46,452 nucleotides of DNA from Oscillospiraceae bacterium UBA3851 (lineage in GTDB: Bacteria; Bacillota; Clostridia; Oscillospirales; Oscillospiraceae). Position 1 is the first letter of the stretch. The number at the start of each line of letters is the position of its first letter. A program made the translations under genes and the position numbers. The stretch lies in the NCBI GenBank assembly GCA_002392625.1, contig DGHJ01000001.1, positions 1-46,452 of the forward strand, written 5' to 3'. Below, in pieces: positions 44,059 through 46,452 of this stretch. The notes under the pieces are model-generated. The model had not been told where the DNA came from. It searched no databases and saw nothing but the letters and a program-made list of their open reading frames with translations.

Positions 44059-45161
44059 TGAAAATGACGAATACCGCAGCGGCGGAGCGCCTCTGCCGCG
44101 CCGTGGACGGCGCCTGCGCCAGCAGGGCCGAGGAGCTGTGGCAGCGTCCTGTGGAGAGAGCCAAGGGCGACGAGTGGTATCTGGACGGCGCCTTAGAGCA
44201 AAAGAAGCCGGCAAAACGCGCTTTCCGCGCCGTGGCCGCCGTGGCCGCCATGGCCGCGATGCTGGCCCTGGTGCTGGTGCCCTCCTTCCTGCTGCACCCC
44301 CGCACCGATGCCACCGTCTATCTGGACGTGAACCCGTCCATCGAGCTGCAGCTGGACAGCCGCCAGCGTGTCATCTCCGCGCGGGCCGACAACGATGACG
44401 CTGAGCGGATCCTGGAGGGCATGGACCTCAGGAAGACGGATGTGGAAGTGGCCCTCAACACCATCCTGGGCGCTATGGTGCGCCAGGGCTATCTCAGCCA
44501 GGCCAAAAATGTGCTGCTCCTGAGCGTGGACAGCGCTGACGGTGCCCGTGCCGCCCAACTGCAGAAGGACCTCTCATCCAAGGTGGACGAGTGCCTGCGC
44601 GCCCTCAACGGCTCCGGCCTGGTACTGAGCCAGAGCGTGCGCCCCTCCGGCGAGGCCGAGACCCTGGCCCGCCGGTACGGCATCACCCCCGGCAAGGCCG
44701 CGCTGCTGCTGGAGCTGACCGGGGACTGGTCCAATCTGGACCTGGAGGATCTGGCGGAGCTGCCCATGACCGATCTGATCCGGTTGCTGACGGATGAAAA
44801 GGTGGATCTGCGGCCCTATCTGGAGTGGGACGAGGACGACCGGGAGTGGGACTTCGACTGGGACGATCCTGATGATCCGGATGATGTCGATGACCCGGAT
44901 GACACCGACGATAACGACCCGGACGACGTCAACGACCTTGATGACGATGAGAATGACGCCGATGACGACCACGGCGACGGGCCAGACGACCCGGAAACCG
45001 ATGACGGCGACGACAGCACCGACAGTGGTGAGGCCGATGACGACAGCGCCAACAGTGATGAGGACGAGGATGACGACAGGCAGGACGACGGCGACGATGA
45101 CAGTGATGATGACGATGCTGATGAGGACGATGATGACGACGGTGACAAAGAGGACGACTGA
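44055..45161 (+). CDS. Anti-sigma factor, RsgI-like, with Asp-rich C-terminal tail
   Basis: TM helix then VYLDVNPSIEL...VI...A.N.DA..IL; A..YGITPGK; last ~110 aa are mostly D/E. Confidence 0.75.
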   Translation: MMKMTNTAAAERLCRAVDGACASRAEELWQRPVERAKGDEWYLDGALEQKKPAKRAFRAVAAVAAMAAMLALVLVPSFLLHPRTDATVYLDVNPSIELQLDSRQRVISARADNDDAERILEGMDLRKTDVEVALNTILGAMVRQGYLSQAKNVLLLSVDSADGARAAQLQKDLSSKVDECLRALNGSGLVLSQSVRPSGEAETLARRYGITPGKAALLLELTGDWSNLDLEDLAELPMTDLIRLLTDEKVDLRPYLEWDEDDREWDFDWDDPDDPDDVDDPDDTDDNDPDDVNDLDDDENDADDDHGDGPDDPETDDGDDSTDSGEADDDSANSDEDEDDDRQDDGDDDSDDDDADEDDDDDGDKEDD

Positions 45162-45181
45162 GTCGGCCTGAAGGCAGAGCC

Positions 45182-45209
45182 TGGGAGCGGCGATTTTTCG
45201 CCGCTCCCA
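45182..45209. terminator. Hairpin after anti-sigma gene
   Basis: TGGGAGCGGCGA-TTTT-TCGCCGCTCCCA. Confidence 0.6.
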
Positions 45210-45290
45210 AACTGTAGACAAAGATTATATGAAGAAAGGTAACGAGACGCATGGGGAGAATTGTGAAGGGGGATGGGAGTCCCCTTTCAC

Positions 45291-45329
45291 GTAAAATGAG
45301 AGCGGCGAAAATCGCCGCTCTCATTTTAC
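45291..45329. terminator. 18-bp-stem hairpin directly upstream of the csoR promoter
   Basis: GTAAAATGAGAGCGGCGA-AAA-TCGCCGCTCTCATTTTAC. Confidence 0.65.
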
Positions 45330-45331
45330 CC

Positions 45332-45383
45332 TTGACAGATACCCTATAGGGGTATATACTATAAATACCCTAAGGGGGTATTT
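45332..45383 (+). promoter_or_regulatory. Sigma-A promoter with two CsoR operators
   Basis: TTGACA (45332) - 17 - TATACT (45355); ATACCCTATAGGGGTAT (45339-45355) and AAATACCCTAAGGGGGTATTT (45363-45383) match CsoR-type TACCC..GGGTA boxes. Confidence 0.9.
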
Positions 45384-45400
45384 ATGAAAGGAGAATTCCC

Positions 45401-45709
45401 ATGGATTGCGATAAGAAGTGCGGCTGCTGCGAGAAGATGACGGAGCGGTCCGAGGACGAGAAGAAAAAGCTGATGAACCGCCTGCGGCGGATCGAGGGCC
45501 AAGTGCGTGGCCTCAGCGGCATGATCGAGCGGGACGCCTACTGCGCCGACGTCCTCACCCAGAGCGCGGCAGTTGCGGCGGCCATCAACGCCTTCAACCG
45601 GGACCTGCTGGCCCGCCATATCCGCACCTGTGTGGTGCGGGACCTGCGGGACGGGGACGACAGCGTAGTGGACGAGTTGGTGAACACCGTTCAGAAATTG
45701 ATGAAATAA
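45401..45709 (+). CDS. csoR: Copper-sensing repressor CsoR
   Basis: NRLRRIEGQVRG..GM.E...YC.D.L.Q...H...CV. Confidence 0.92.
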   Translation: MDCDKKCGCCEKMTERSEDEKKKLMNRLRRIEGQVRGLSGMIERDAYCADVLTQSAAVAAAINAFNRDLLARHIRTCVVRDLRDGDDSVVDELVNTVQKLMK

Positions 45710-45732
45710 ACCGTTTGGGAGGTTCAAAGAAT

Positions 45733-46113
45733 ATGGGATGGATCAATTACGTGCTGATCGCCGTTATCGCCCTGGGCGTAGTCGGCGGCATCGTGGGCAT
45801 CGTCAAGCACGCGCGAGGCAAGGGCGACTGCTGCGGCGGCGGTGGCAGCGTCATCGACACCGGTGAGAAGAAGACGCTGGAGGGTCCGGCGCAGGGCAAA
45901 TACGTCCTCCATGTGGAGGGCATGCATTGCGAGAACTGCAAGCGTGCCGTGGAGCGTCGGCTGGACAGGTTCGAGGGCGTGGTGTCCGAGGTGGATTTGA
46001 AGAACAAGACCGCCACCGTGACCTATGACCGGCCGGTGGATCCTGAGCAGCTGCGCCTGGCTGTGGCGATGCTGGATTATCAGGTCACAGGCGTTGAGGC
46101 ACAAGAGGTGTAA
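45733..46113 (+). CDS. Heavy-metal-associated (CopZ-like) domain protein with N-terminal TM helix
   Basis: TM helix, GDCCGG, then VEGMHCENC HMA motif; start ATG 45733 after GGAGG. Confidence 0.8.
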   Translation: MGWINYVLIAVIALGVVGGIVGIVKHARGKGDCCGGGGSVIDTGEKKTLEGPAQGKYVLHVEGMHCENCKRAVERRLDRFEGVVSEVDLKNKTATVTYDRPVDPEQLRLAVAMLDYQVTGVEAQEV

Positions 46114-46117
46114 AGGC

Positions 46118-46452
46118 ATGGAACAGTACAACGTAACGGGCATGAGCTGCGCCGCCTGCAGCGCCCGTGTGGAGAAGGCAGTCAGCGCGGTGCCAGGCGT
46201 AGAGAGCTGCGCGGTCAGTCTGCTGACCAACTCCATGGGCGTGGAGGGCACCGCCAGCCACGAATCCGTCATCGCCGCGGTGGAGGCTGCCGGGTACGGA
46301 GCCTCCGTCAAGGGTGCGAAGAAAGCGGCGGCCACCTCCGTGGAGGACGCCTTGAAGGACACAGAGACGCCTAAGCTGCGGCGCCGTCTCCTGTGGTCCC
46401 TGGGCTTTTTGGCGGCGCTGATGTACGTTTCCATGGGCCACATGATGTGGGG
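46118..46452 (+). CDS. copA: Copper-translocating P-type ATPase, 3'-truncated by window edge
   Basis: Translated by hand: MEQYNVTGMSCAACSARVEKAVSAVPGVESCAVSLLTNSM...LMYVSMGHMMW; absent from the ORF track because it has no stop in the window. Confidence 0.9.
   Translation, partial: MEQYNVTGMSCAACSARVEKAVSAVPGVESCAVSLLTNSMGVEGTASHESVIAAVEAAGYGASVKGAKKAAATSVEDALKDTETPKLRRRLLWSLGFLAALMYVSMGHMMW

Noticed and set aside
44830-45158. GAC/GAT-rich tract as a DNA repeat array
   Set aside because: Explained by the Asp-rich coding tail of the anti-sigma factor; no fixed unit.

Overview
High-GC Bacillota (Clostridia, probably Oscillospiraceae-like) chromosomal window, almost entirely + strand. (1) 1-7.1 kb: end of an M29 aminopeptidase, then a lower-GC accessory patch of small genes (flavodoxin-like pair + TetR, GNATs, NUDIX) punctuated by a repeated ~90-bp hairpin element, followed by luxS and a DUF5684-like gene. 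(2) 7.4-24.5 kb: a tightly packed 13-gene locus that I cannot match to a named system. It encodes TetR, an SPFH/zinc-ribbon protein, a 4-TM protein, a zinc-ribbon helical protein, a HerA/VirB4-like P-loop ATPase, an acidic repeat protein ending in a papain-fold (Tox-PL-like) toxin domain plus a small immunity-like gene, three paralogous coiled-coil/TM-hairpin proteins, two small proteins and a Ycf46-like AAA+ ATPase. This is the best candidate for an undescribed polymorphic-toxin delivery or membrane-remodelling conflict system. (3) 24.8-40.9 kb: cell-wall glycopolymer locus (priming transferase, TagG/TagH-type ABC exporter, TagB/F-type polymerase, nucleotidyltransferase, three ATP-grasp proteins, alanine-dehydrogenase-like enzyme, MurF-LRR fusion, surface protein, LCP). 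(4) A nested MITE/REP-like element, an MBL-VTC-DUF4956-ECF sigma/anti-sigma block, and the start of a csoR-copZ-like-copA copper operon. All family assignments are by motif recognition; no database searches were run.
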